Positions 50,031 to 62,070 of a stretch of 64,000 nt of DNA are shown piece by piece. How positions within the stretch are numbered: position 1 is the first letter of the stretch; every line of letters begins with the position of its first letter. Below the pieces are notes generated by a model, which worked only from the letters and a program-made list of their open reading frames with translations, was not told the origin of the DNA and ran no database searches. Both the position numbers and the translations under genes were made by a program. The stretch is from Octopus sinensis (Eukaryota), in NCBI RefSeq assembly GCF_006345805.1, contig NC_043014.1, positions 31,372,001 to 31,436,000 on the forward strand. Reading direction: 5' to 3'.

Positions 50031-50258
50031 TCAACCCATTAGCATTCAGATTATTCTGTCAAATACAATGCATATTTATTCACACTGTTTTGAATTAATC
50101 ATGCACAACCACATACTTTTGAGAATTCAAAGCTATTCTTGATTATAGTTAGAGTGACATCATAGGGTTAGTGTGAGAGGCCAGATCTAGCCAGTTTGAA
50201 CATAGAATAGGTAGAATATTTGGGCTGAATACAGCTGGTTTAAATGCTAAAGGGTTAA
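50031..50258 (+). mobile_element. piggyBac-type MITE family 2 copy
   Basis: aacccattagcattcagattattctgtc...tttaaatgctaaagggttaa. Confidence 0.8.
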
Positions 50259-51554
50259 TAATGACAGTAAACTGAAGCAGAGGCTACAAATTCCCACAAA
50301 ATATATTGTATCAAAAGGGTTAACAATGACATTAAATTCAAACAGAGACAATGAATTCTCCCAGAAATATTTTAACAAAAGGGTTAACTCTAATGTAATT
50401 TTTTTTTATATTGTAATGTTTTACATAATTTTTTTTTCTATATTTATGTGAGTCAGGTAATGGTTTTTGATGCTGACAGCATTGGAGCAGTTGATTTTAC
50501 AGTTGAATGCCTTTCTTAACACTCTTCAACGCTTAACTATGAATTAGGAACAGGCCTTGATGTTTCTGTCAGTCAAACTGAAACAAGTAGAACTACGAGC
50601 AATGCTAACCAAATAGTAGAGATATAAACATCAAACTAATAAAACATTAACATAGACAGAAAAAAATACATTAAGCTCAGGCAGGAATCATGGTGTGTTA
50701 TAAATAAATTATCACATAACCACATCAGAGAACTGTATAATTGTTTTTGTAAGGAGATGCTGGAAAAATTACAAACATTGATTCAGAAAAATGAAGAAGC
50801 TGTAAACATAATCCAACATGTAATCCATTGAGTGTTCAACAGAAATGTTGCTTCTGATCCGATTGATAAAGATGTTTTAAGAAAATAAAAGTAATGATTT
50901 CTAATTTTGCAGCAGAAAGACAAGCATATATTCCATTAGTTAAAACGTCAATTTGATTTGTAAATCCCAAATCAGAGTCATTATTTTGGAAAATTATACA
51001 CCTAATTATTTCTTCCTTCCTTAGCCTCCCCATTAATACCAAAGTTCTGATTAATTTGCTTACTAACACAAAGTGAAAAGAGCTAATCCTTGGGGTAACT
51101 TGAACTTTCAACTCAATGATTACAAGCTTAGCTAATTATCAATGAAGCTTGTGAAGACTAAATATAAATATGGCCATTTTGCTGTGCTGGAATATGCCAG
51201 AAGGATCCTTATTCTAAGTAAGTTTTAACCTCTTTTAAGTCTTAAGATATCAATCAGCCCTTTGATAGTCTTACAATGAGTTCACTCCCCAAGTGTGTGA
51301 TAAGACAAAATGAAGAAAGCAGACAAAAGGCTAATAGCCGTAGCTATTTTTGCAACACTTTCAGATCTGATTATTTACTGTGCCAGCATCAGACATCAAA
51401 ACATCAGAATTCCAATCCCTGGAGTTCTCCTATTTATTGGTTGAAGATTTCAGAAAGGGTTAATTCCACATAATTTATAGCTTTACCAAGTCAGGCATAA
51501 TCAGTCTTAAATAGACAACACAGCTGAAGGATTAAGAACAGAAAGAGATTAATA

Positions 51555-51565
51555 GAGAGGAGAGA

Positions 51566-51613
<48 letters not shown>

Positions 51614-51640
51614 AGAGAGAGGGAAAGAGAGAGAGAGAGA
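51555..51640. repeat. Interrupted (GA)n microsatellite
   Basis: GA array with interruptions. Confidence 0.9.
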
Positions 51641-53387
51641 GGAATGGGAGAGGGATATAGAAGGCAAAAGAAAGAAACAGAAAGATAGAAATGGTGTGAG
51701 GGAATGAAAGTTGGTGGGGGATACAACCTACCATAAGAAATAGTAACAAAAAAGTAAAAAAAAAATGAAAACAAAAATAATTCTTTATAAATTGGATTAT
51801 TAACAGAAACATAAAGAACACCCTTTTATAACAACAACAACAATTAGTATTGATTTCTTACAGCAATAACATCAAGAAGAATTAAAAGTGAAAGCTTGGA
51901 AAATTGAAAAGAATAGTTTCAATGAAACTGAACAGCTGTTTAGTAGAAGAAACCAATGAAAATATCAAGTTTACACTGCAGGGTCACAATCAGCTTTGTA
52001 ATTACACAAAAAAATAAACTTAGCCATCTCAAGTCCACAGGGTCCATTCGGAAATCACATGGTTTATGCTTATTATAAAAACACATTAACAAGATAAAAG
52101 TGACCCAGGAAAGTTATAAGTAAATATATACATATTGATGGAAAATCTGAATCTGAGCTGTTTGAACAAACAACATTAGAGCTTTTAGCTAGCTTGAATC
52201 ACAAAACATCTTAATTACTGTTTTTTGTCATGTTGTCCTTGTTTGTATTGGATGAGAGATTGAGAGATAGCGGATTTGTTGAAGTAAACAGATTTTACAA
52301 CTGGAAACTGGATGTTCTTCCTACTACAAGGAAGCATTTATGCAACCACTTGACCTCCGAGAAACATAACAACTAAATCTTTCTGATAACTCAATCTAAC
52401 ATTTTTAATAAAAGGGTTGACAAAAGAAATATTTTTAATAAGACTGCTAGAATAGGGGTAAACAACCAGTGTCTTTCATCAGGCTTGCGGAACTGGAGCT
52501 ATATATTTCAAATACACAATCAAATGCTTGTAGTAAAAATTGAACTTATGACTTTGCAGATCTCAGACTACTGTATTTCCTTAATACCAGTCATTGCATC
52601 TATCTCAATGAAACCTAAGAAATAACGGAAGAAAACTTGCCCTTTTTAAATTCTTCCAAATATTTTCAACAGAAGCAGTTGTAAATAAATGTAAATTTTT
52701 ATCAGGAAAAACACTTTCCTGAACTGACTAAAGCTCACAACCATAGTACCTAGATATAAATATATATTTTCTCATAACATCATCTTGAAATGTATCTGGA
52801 CACATTACCAGTAATGTATCTTGGAATCATTGGGTCTTTGAAGTCCTTCAACTATTAGGCAACCCTCCTCTACTGCCAGGGTTGATCAACCCTCAGCTCA
52901 TGTCCAGCTAGTACTATCCAATGTAGCACTGCTCCTTCTAGGACTCTTACCTTCTGACACACAACCACTTGAATCCATCTCTGCTGTCTTCAGAGCCAAT
53001 TTGTGGCTTTCTGCCTAGTGGCCCCTGCAGGGCCCAGCATGTAGTAGACTCTGCAGAGTGACTGGCATGAAACTTTCTGAAGCACAATTCAATGGAATCA
53101 CCTTTTGCTTGCTAGCCAAAATTTCAGCATAATTCAATCCATTCCTCTCATTTGCCTACTCAATACAGTCTTCTCAGGAATTGGAGAGTTGTAACAGAAC
53201 CAACAATGAGAAAAATAAACCGTACCAACTTCTGAATTTCATGTAAACCCACAACACAGACAACTACATAGAGCAATAAATATGAATTCCTGGCAAGTTG
53301 ATTCACGATTAGTACAACTCCAATTCCCATATGCTACCAACACTAATGGCTTTTTATTTTTATCTAATGGATAAAAGTTGTAAATTG

Positions 53388-53765
53388 ACAGTCAAGTGAA
53401 ATCGTAGTCATGGTCGATGCCAGTGTCACGTAACTGGCACCTGTGCCAGTGGCTCATGAAAAAGCACCCTTTGAACATTGGACTTTTGATAACATACCGT
53501 GCTTGAGAATACCTGTCAAGCCAAGTGAGATCGTAGTTGTGGCTGGCACCAGTGTTATGTAACTGGTACCTGTGCTGGTGGTACATAAAAAGCACCCACT
53601 ATACTCTTGGAGTGGCTGGCATTAGGAAGGGCATCCAGCTGTAGAAATCATGCCAAATCATATTGGAATCTAGTGCTACTTCCTGACTTACCAGTTTTTA
53701 GTCAAACCATCCAGTCCATGCCAGCATAGAAAACATGTTAAATGATGATGATGATGATGATGATG
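53388..53765 (+). mobile_element. SINE family B copy with tandem ~120-bp internal units
   Basis: The unit caagtgaaatcgtagtc...aactggcacctgtgcc...aaaagcacc occurs at about 53394 and again at about 53522, followed by the RTE-type tail and (gat)n. Confidence 0.85.
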
Positions 53766-54744
53766 GATAAAGATTCTCTCTAACATATTTCAGGTGACAA
53801 TCTATACTCTATTGTCGATTATCATGAGTGAGCCTGGCACTTCACTTGCCATGCACATTACCTGTTTTCATGATCATGACCATCATTAACTTCAGCCACC
53901 AAGTCCAATATTTTCAACTACAAGTACAACACAGACTTTACAGGCATTGATGATCTGGAACCTCGTATAATCCACACTAATCTACAGTAATATAACAGGA
54001 CTTGTATTTTATATGAATATTCAAGTAAATTTAATATTTGTTTAATTTAGAGTGTGTTGATTAAAGTGACTCACCCTGATTTATAAAAAATTAGTAATCT
54101 AGGAAGGGTTTGGAGCAAAAGGTTCCAGAAAATGATGTTGTACCTGTGCTAAGATGGAATCAATGACAGAGCTATCCTCTCACTCTCTCTTTCAGCACAT
54201 ACATATACTTTTTTTTTGACACCCTGGGCAGACAACACCCAGCAGGAAACGGGGTTGGGGGAGATAAAGAAACAGTATTTAGTTTCAGGAATTCCTGATA
54301 AAACTTGTATTTTGTTTTATTACACGAGTTCCCCCCCATTTACAGATGGAACAACACCCGTATGACAACTTTGAAAGGGGTAGAATTCCCAGTAGTAGAA
54401 TCAGTAGGGCACCTATTAACATCCTGAGAGCTTCCAGTCTCTGGAGTGGAGAAAGAGGTAATAAAATAAACATTTGTCATGTACTGGAGTCAGTTTAATC
54501 AAGAGCCACTCACCTTCAAGTAAACATTGTGATCCTAAATTAACCTGCAATTGCCATCCCCAGAGAGAAATGGTGAAACACCACACCACAGCTCAAATCA
54601 TGCAGATGGTACATTTACCAATCACTCAATTATAAGAGTCAATAAAATAAATAACAGTAAAACATTATGGTCAGTTTAATCAATTGTACTTCTTTCCTGA
54701 GTACTAGGTGATAGCTCTCACTCAATATCATTCACATTTAATAA

Positions 54745-54945
54745 TTCTTTCTACTATAGACACAGGGCCTGAAATACTTGGGGAGGGAGCTAATTGATTA
54801 CATCAACCCCAGTGTGCAACTAGTACTTATTTCATCAACCCTGAAAGGATAAAAGGCAAAATTCAACTTTGGCAGAGTTTGAACCCAGAATGTAAAGATG
54901 GATGAAATGCCACTAATGCTAATAATTCTGCCAACTTGCCAGCTT
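54745..54945 (-). mobile_element. SINE family D copy
   Basis: ctttctactatagacacagggcctgaaat...gaaaggataaaaggcaaa...tttgaacccagaatgtaaag...ttctgccaacttgcc. Confidence 0.8.
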
Positions 54946-55769
54946 TAAAAATAAAACTTTTTGTATAAACTCTGTAGACAAAATGCACTTAAATGAAGGC
55001 CCAAGCAATGTTATTGACAGGAATGTGACTCAAAACATTCAAAAGGGACTAGTTTTGGGCAATGCTAATAACAAGACTATTCCACCTTTACAAACAATGG
55101 GGTGTGTTGAGCCAATGAAGGACCCTGCCAATGTCATCACTTGACTTGTCAGAAATAGCAGCCAAATCACACATCTCGGAAAAGGACACAAATAATGATA
55201 TCCTGGATCCCTACACATTGGGGGAGGGGGAACAGGACGGTCATAATTAGAATATATTTAAATACAAGTCTGTTCTATCAAGACAGACTTCAGGTTTAAA
55301 CAACAATTGCAACAACAAATGGGATGAGTGGATATTCAAAAGAAATCAATATTAGAACTGGTTCTTTGCATCAGGCTCCAAAAGCTTTGTACACAAACAT
55401 CCACACTTACATATAAATGCATACTACCCACCACACGCACACACATACACACACACAACCACTCTAATGGGGAGAGACTGTTCATTCTTCAGGTGATATA
55501 GACAGGTCAAAAATGAAATAAAAAGAAAAAAGCTCTTTCTTTCACCAGTTCACTAGTTAAACAAACAGACATAAATGGCTTTGATAAATAAGACAGTTAA
55601 TTCAAATAATGAAGCAGCCTGTGTGTGTGTGTGTGTGTGTGTATGGGTGGGTGTGTGCATGTACATGTATAATAATCTCATTGCTCTTACTCATCTAAAT
55701 GCACCGTAAACCCTTTCTTTCTCTCTCTCTCAAAAAAATAAAAAAGCAAATTTTAAAAGTACTCAATAC

Positions 55770-56066
55770 ATGCAGTTACAGGAAATTTGTAGAGCTTTTG
55801 AATTTACAAATCCTTTTGAATTATGGAAGCAAGTAAGTTTAAAAGACATGGGTGGAGTCAACTCATTCAACCTACAGATGCTTTTTATGAGCCAGAGAGT
55901 ATCGACAAAGTTGTTCAACCTGACAGAAACAGTTGACAAATATGCCTCCAATAACATATCTAAAAATACACCGGTCACATTAAATAATGAAGTCTCTAAC
56001 ATACAAAAGGATGTACCAAAAGATGGAGGTGGTCATGAATGGAAAGCTTTGAATGAATTGGGCTGA
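55770..56066 (+). CDS. Unassigned 98-codon ORF, non-repetitive composition (exon or decayed TE gene)
   Basis: Protein-like sequence (FEFTNPFELWKQV...NEVSNIQKDVPKDGGGHEWKALNELG) and a possible acceptor ttacag at about 55781, but a weak pyrimidine tract and no recognised family. Confidence 0.2.
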   Translation: MQLQEICRAFEFTNPFELWKQVSLKDMGGVNSFNLQMLFMSQRVSTKLFNLTETVDKYASNNISKNTPVTLNNEVSNIQKDVPKDGGGHEWKALNELG

Positions 56067-56574
56067 CTTGTAAGAGGGCAGCAGTAGAGGCGAAACAAAG
56101 CTAAGTGGAAACTGCTCAGGGACCTTATTTTTGTATTTGGTTTGCAAGATTCATTATGTAAATTTGTGTGTTGAAACAAATTTTGTCATGTCTAAAGAGT
56201 CATATTGCCGATATAATTAACACACACACTGGTTTAATTCCACTTATTTATTAAATACCCAATTGTTTTTTGTTTGTCAAAGCTCTTTTGTTGCTTCTTG
56301 TAACCTTCTCAATGATTGATTAACTAAGAGAAAACAATACATTGTCATTTTCCCTAACAATAAGGGGGCAAGCCTTTACCATCTTACAGGTGCAATCAAT
56401 CAATCAAGGAAAAAAAAGTCAAGGAATAGAAAGGTGAGATTGATACCATTATTGACCCGTTCATAATTGTTACCTGTGGGAAAGATATGAGCAGGGAGGG
56501 AATTCTAGAGAGCTGATGCTCTTGAAATTAAGGACTGGGTGTAAGTGATAAATGCAGGGCAATGATGAATGGAG

Positions 56575-56860
56575 AGACGAGTAGGATGAGAATGACTGGT
56601 ACTTATTTTATCGAAATCTATTTGTTGAACTGCTAAGTTACAGGACATATAGAAACATGCCATCATTTTACACTGGTCATACATGCACACACACACACAT
56701 ATATATATACACACACATGTACATGATGGGCTTCTGTACAGTTACTATCAACTGAAGTCCATTCCAAAGTATTAGTCAACCCAAAGCTAAAATAGAAGAC
56801 ACTTGTCCAAATGTTGCAGTGTGCGTTAACCCAGACTCAATCATGTGGTAGCAAATCACA
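56575..56860 (-). mobile_element. SINE family A copy (degenerate)
   Basis: gaactgctaagttacaggacat...atgggcttc...agaagacacttgtccaa...atcatgtggtagc. Confidence 0.7.
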
Positions 56861-57642
56861 CACGTAGGTGTGTGTGTGTATGTGTGTGCAAGCAGAACAA
56901 TGCTTATGCCTCCACACACACACACATGCGCAGAGAACACAAGCACACACACACACACACACACGCAGAGGCACACAAGCACACACACACACACAGGCAC
57001 TTTCACAGAACATTTTAATATATTTCACAATCCAGAAATCAAAAACAAAAACAAAAGAACATCATTAACAAGTATTCCTCACCAGATATAATTACATATT
57101 AATTCAATGCCACAAGTCCTATAGCTCATTTAAAAATTAATTAATGACTGGATGATTTGTTGAATTCATTTAGACAATTTAGCTTGTATTCAAGAAATAT
57201 TTAGCCGAAGGGAGACTAGCTTTTAGCACAAACCTGCAACACTAACACAACAGATGTTACTAAAATAGGAGTACAATTTTAGATCAGTGGTTCCCAAACT
57301 TTTTCAGACTGCTTCTCCCTTGGTACCTGGGTCACATTCCTAGCATCCCCCCACACTCACCACCATAAAAACACAGAGTACATTTTGTATCAAATTCAAA
57401 ATAACTGTATTTCACATATAAAACTTAACCTAATAAACCCATTATTTTGTAGTTTTTACATCCATCGTCCTGTTCTGAGCATCCCATTATTGCCCAACCT
57501 TTCTTCAATACCCCTCTGGACCTTTCCACTGCCCCCACTGTTTTAGATGAGAGAGCTGCATGCGAGTTTGAAGGTGTAGTGCAGTTGTCTGCTATGTATA
57601 TATGTATGATCTGACTAAAGTAAAACTTAGAGCAGAAGTTAT

Positions 57643-57871
57643 AAACCCTTTAGCATTTAATGTGGCTGTATCCAGCCTAAATATTCTACCTGCTTTATGT
57701 TACAGCTGACCAGATCCAACCTCTCGTACCTAACCTACAAGGCCTTTCTAAAAATATGCAAACACACCATTGAAATCTCGAAGCTACAAGATGATGTGTG
57801 GATTTAATTCCAAACAATGTAAATGAATAAACAATACCTTTGACAAAGAAATCTGAATGCTAAATGATTAA
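57643..57871 (-). mobile_element. piggyBac-type MITE family 2 copy (inverted)
   Basis: aaccctttagcatttaa...aaatattctacctg...aatctgaatgctaaatgattaa. Confidence 0.8.
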
Positions 57872-59802
57872 GGAGAAATTTGTTAGACAGCCTCCAAGAA
57901 ATTCAAAGTATTTCCCACTTCTGGAGGAAGAAGAGTGAAATATAAAGAGCCTGCATGAAGATGTCTCTCTCTCTCTCACACACACACACATACAGACTGG
58001 GAGGAGTGGGGAGACTGTGCTAATAATTGTATATATATAAAGCTCATCATATGTGATCTACAGGACTTATAAAAGCATAAATATATATGACCTAGAGGAA
58101 ATTACAATAACGAATTGGAGACCAGGTTATTGTAGTTGTGGTTGCCCAAATAGAAGTTCAATGTTGCAGTTTGAGTTGAAGTGGTATAATGAATTACTTC
58201 TACTTGAATGGACTTGAGATTTGAAACTTATTGGGGGGAAGAACTTGGCCAAGAGTACAGTGTCTCAGGCAAGTTTTGGCAGAAGAGCAATTTGCATTCC
58301 ATTCAGCATATGGTTTCCACACAGGCCTCTGCTTCATTGCAACCTGGAGACAGAGTTCCTGATTAATGGTAGGTCCCTGCTCACCTATCATTTCCTCTTA
58401 AGTCAAGTAGGAAAGGAAACAATAAGAATTGCATAGGGAGAGAGAGAGAGAGAGAGATGGGGGAGAGCAAAGGAGGAAAAGATAAGCAGATAGAGATTGG
58501 CACAGAGAAGAGAAAGGCAGAGAGGAACCGAGGAAAGGCGAAGAGGGAGAGGTTATCTGGACAGCATCAATGCATAAAACAAACATACATTAAGCTCCTC
58601 AACCCCTTGCCTTCCTCTTCTCCACCTATAATGCACTATTGCACTGCATCACCACCACCACCACCACCACCACCGCCAACAACAACAGCAGCAACAACAA
58701 CCTCTAGCCAGGTCCTCCTTTATGCACCCCGACCCACTCATAGCCATAATGAGATTGACAAGCTACCTATCCATTCAACACCTGGCACTGGTCTCAATAG
58801 CCTCCTGACACAGCTGGAACTTTATTTTGAATAGGTTGACATCACACACACACCATATATCACACACACTACACACCCCCACATTCACCTAGCCTTCTTC
58901 TTTCTTTCTTTCTTCCCTTTCCCCCCACCTCAATTACCCCACCACCACCAACCCCCACACACCTTAACCTTCTCTCAACAAGCACTGCATCAGAAAACCC
59001 CTGCCAGCTATTATTGACACAGGGACCCAAAATCATAATTATGGCAATAACTGATACAGAAAATAACAAAAAAAAACAACAACTTTTACAACTAAAAAAA
59101 AATCACTAGAAGTAATACAAACAACTATAATGATGGCACTCCACCTCATTTCTTTATCTTCACACACACACACACACACAAACTCTGCCTCTTCCTCAGT
59201 CTCTTGTTTACCACCACAATAACTAAACCAATGAAAATATTATCAACAAATAGTGATTATAACCACTGCTGCTGTTCCTCTTCCTCTCACCACTGTCACC
59301 TCTTCATTCCTACTGCTTCCTGCTTCCACTTCCCAATAACAAAGACTACAATAGAAGTGACAGAGAGGAGGGTGGAGAACTTGATTTAACATATTCCAAT
59401 TAAGGTGACTGGAGTGGTGTTAGTGGTGGTAATAAACACACTTCCCCTCCCCTCTAGGAACCCCCATCCATTCACTTTAGTTGCCTGTCAAAAGTTTCAA
59501 ACATCACCACCACTACCCTAAAGCTACTACTGCTACCATTGGAAGGGATAGTAAAAGGAAGAGAAAGTCCTTGGTCCATTGAAGTTGCCCCATTAATTGT
59601 ATTTTTTCCCCCCTTGTAAAAAATAATCAGTTACTTTCCAACCGGCTTTAAATTTAGTACCCTACAGCAAAAAAGTTACAATTTGTTTCCACAAACAATA
59701 CATTTTCTGTGAAATAAATGCAATACTGAAACTAATAAAACTCTTCAATTTAAAAAAAAATCAAATATCTAAAAAAGAAAATATATTAATCATACAAAAT
59801 AT

Positions 59803-59942
59803 AGGTGCAGATGTGGCTGTGTGGTAAGAAGTTTCCATCCCAACCACATAATTCCAGGTTCAGTCCCACTCCTACAATAACCCTGAGCCAACTAAAGCCC
59901 TATAAGTAGATTTGGTAGCTGGAAAGTGAAAGAAGCCCATTG
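59803..59942 (+). mobile_element. SINE family A head
   Basis: ggtgcagatgtggctgtgtggtaagaagtt...ggttcagtcccact...gaaagtgaaagaagccc. A matching family A tail lies at about 61285-61465. Confidence 0.8.
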
Positions 59943-60314
59943 AGTACACACACACACACACAAAACAACTGTGATAGACTTGATAATTGCTGAGGTCTTC
60001 CTTAACATGAAACCAATGGTATCCATATATATATAGGTTCTGAGATGTTGGTATTCAACAAGAGCAAACATTCTAAAGCAGATCTGACACAGTAAGTGTA
60101 CATGAAGTGAGCAGTAATGACTGAACAAGTTACATGATTTCAGAGATGTATTTGTCTGGTAAGTAATTTGATCTGAGATTGTGTGTTGAAACTAAAACAA
60201 TTACAGGGTGGAAGATACGTATTAGCTTTTCAAAAGCACAAAGACATAAATTCATTTAACAATTAAACTGGCCATATCTGGCCAAAATATTCAACCTGTT
60301 TTATCCATATGTAA

Positions 60315-60360
<46 letters not shown>

Positions 60361-60363
<3 letters not shown>

Positions 60364-60690
60364 TAAATTAGAGACAAAACCACTATTAGGCAAATCAAAC
60401 AATGAAAGACTTAAGCCAATACATAAATTAATTTATATTATTTAAATATGTAACAATTATTAAAAAAATATAATTAATATCCACTACGATCGTTTCCTGG
60501 CTGCTGTCATCAAATTTTTAGGTCGCAGTCGGTGGTGTAGACAACAAACAGATGTATTAGTATAATGCTCGGGAAGTGAAAAAGTCTTTAACGTTTCGAA
60601 CCTATGCTCTTCCACAGAAAGGAAACACAGAAAGAAACAAGGAGAGAAAATAAAGAATGTGTAGTGGCTAGCGATCTATCATGGCTATAT
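60361..60690 (-). mobile_element. Penelope-like element terminal fragment embedded in (TA)n
   Basis: About 330 bp of unique, CpG-containing sequence bounded by long TA arrays on both sides and carrying the HHR-like motif. A related segment (taatgctcgggaag...) occurs inverted near 34550-34600. Confidence 0.45.
60586..60621 (-). ncRNA. Decayed minimal hammerhead motif with palindromic stem III
   Basis: Minus strand reads cttt-CTGTGGAA-GAGC-atag-GTTC-GAAA-CG-TT-aaag. Stem I is 4 bp, stem II is 4 bp, and stem III is the ACGT palindrome with no loop (dimer type). The core box is non-canonical (A6 to U). Confidence 0.45.
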
Positions 60691-60691
60691 A

Positions 60692-60771
<80 letters not shown>

Positions 60772-60840
60772 TACATACATAATAATATATATATATACAT
60801 ACATACATAATATATTATATATATATACATACATACATAC

Positions 60841-60918
<78 letters not shown>

Positions 60919-60936
60919 CATATATATATATATATC

Positions 60937-60991
<55 letters not shown>

Positions 60992-60997
60992 TATACA
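60690..60997. repeat. Long interrupted (TA)n/(TACA)n microsatellite
   Basis: About 300 bp TA-dominated array; a second TA run lies at about 60321-60358. Confidence 0.95.
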
Positions 60998-61284
60998 TAC
61001 ATAAAGAATGTTTGTTTTTTATGTTTGGTCATAATAAAAACAATTTTATATTAATCTGAGGGAGTATTCTATATTTTTATCATTCTTAAACAAGAATATT
61101 ACTGATGGTGGCTTTCAAGTTTCAGCCAACCAAGCTATTGTCAAATTGTGCAATGAAGTTAATCTTTGCTTTATAGAATCTCTGTTGAATTAAAATCTTC
61201 CTTTGGTATGTGGGTTTGAATGGAGTGGTAATTAGGTTGTAGAGTGGTTTGTGATAGAGAGGTGTATATATGTGTGTGTGTGTG

Positions 61285-61465
61285 TGTTTGTGATTGACCC
61301 CCACCACAGCTTAACAACTGGTGTTGCTTTCTTTGCACCCCCATAATTTAGTAGTTTGGCATAAGAGACTGAGAGAATAAGTACCAAGCTTAAAAAAAAA
61401 ACTTTCTTTAAAACAGTGCCCCAGCATGGCCACAGTCTAATGACTCAAACAAGTAAAAGGTAAAA
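61285..61465 (+). mobile_element. SINE family A tail
   Basis: cccccaccacagcttaacaactggtgttg...gagaataagtacc...gtgccccagcatggccacagtctaatgact. Confidence 0.8.
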
Positions 61466-61499
61466 AGGTAAATGATATATATGCATATAAGTGATGAAA

Positions 61500-61775
61500 T
61501 CTCCCGTTGAAGACGACGTATGAGTGTTCAGTTTTTGTTGAATGACCTGCACAGATGATTTGTTTGTATGTGCCATATATTAGCTCGTTCTCTCCATCAA
61601 ATTGACATTGCCTGAATAGATGCATGGTGCATCACATCAGGTGTTGAAGTGATCGCCAAGCAACATGAGACGAGGTGTTTTGCTCAGGAACACAATATAC
61701 CACCTGGTCCAGGAATTGAAACCATGATCTCACAATTGTGAAGGCAACATTCAAACCACTAGCCAATGTGCCCCT
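61500..61775 (-). mobile_element. tRNA-headed SINE (inverted)
   Basis: The head on the minus strand ends at ggaattgaaaccatgatc...aaaccactagcc. The body contains gtgttttgctcaggaacac and gacctgcacag. Confidence 0.7.
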
Positions 61776-62070
61776 GACTTAGTGGCTAGGGTGTCGCACT
61801 CGTGAGCAAGAGATGGGTTCAAGTCTCCATCCAAGCAGTACATAGTATTCTTGAGCAAAACATTTCATCTTATGTTGCTCTATAATCACTATGATACCTG
61901 ATGGGTGGCACACTGCACGTGTATAGTGTGCCATACCTATTTGATGTAGGGAGTTAGCTTATGTGCAGTGCGAACATTTGATCACCATAAACAATTCACC
62001 TGTGCAGGTTGTTCAGCAAGAAATTACAGACTGGCTTTCCTTGGATGAAGACTATCATTATTATTATTAT
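61772..62070 (+). mobile_element. tRNA-headed SINE related to 61500-61775
   Basis: gacttagtggctagggtgtcgcactc...gggttcaagtc...ttcttgagcaaaacatttcatcttatgttgctc...cctgtgcaggttgttcagcaag...gaagactatc, followed by (att)n. Confidence 0.7.

Noticed and set aside
51142-51223. Short plus-strand ATG frame ending at a CTAA|gtaagt donor
   Set aside because: Only 25 codons, with no promoter or partner exon support. Such matches are expected by chance.
52470-52500. CTGATGA on the minus strand (also isolated CTGATGA at about 22052, 31898, 42536 and 44048)
   Set aside because: No downstream stem II-GAAA-stem III-NUH arrangement was found.
52830-53200. Possible additional RTE-like remnant on the minus strand
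   Set aside because: Only a vague LAGH similarity amid many stops, which is insufficient to call.
58457-58834. 125-aa Pro/Thr-rich plus-strand ORF
   Set aside because: It begins in a GA microsatellite and is dominated by (CCA)n/(CAA)n simple repeats, with no splice or domain evidence.
60588-61032. YIYIYI-type ORFs (also at 27548, 34530, 44692 and 23056)
   Set aside because: These are translations of TA/TACA microsatellites.
61772-61850. tRNA gene (also similar heads at 2394, 20955, 39255 and 47323)
   Set aside because: The A/B-box-like heads run into SINE bodies and do not fold into complete cloverleaves.
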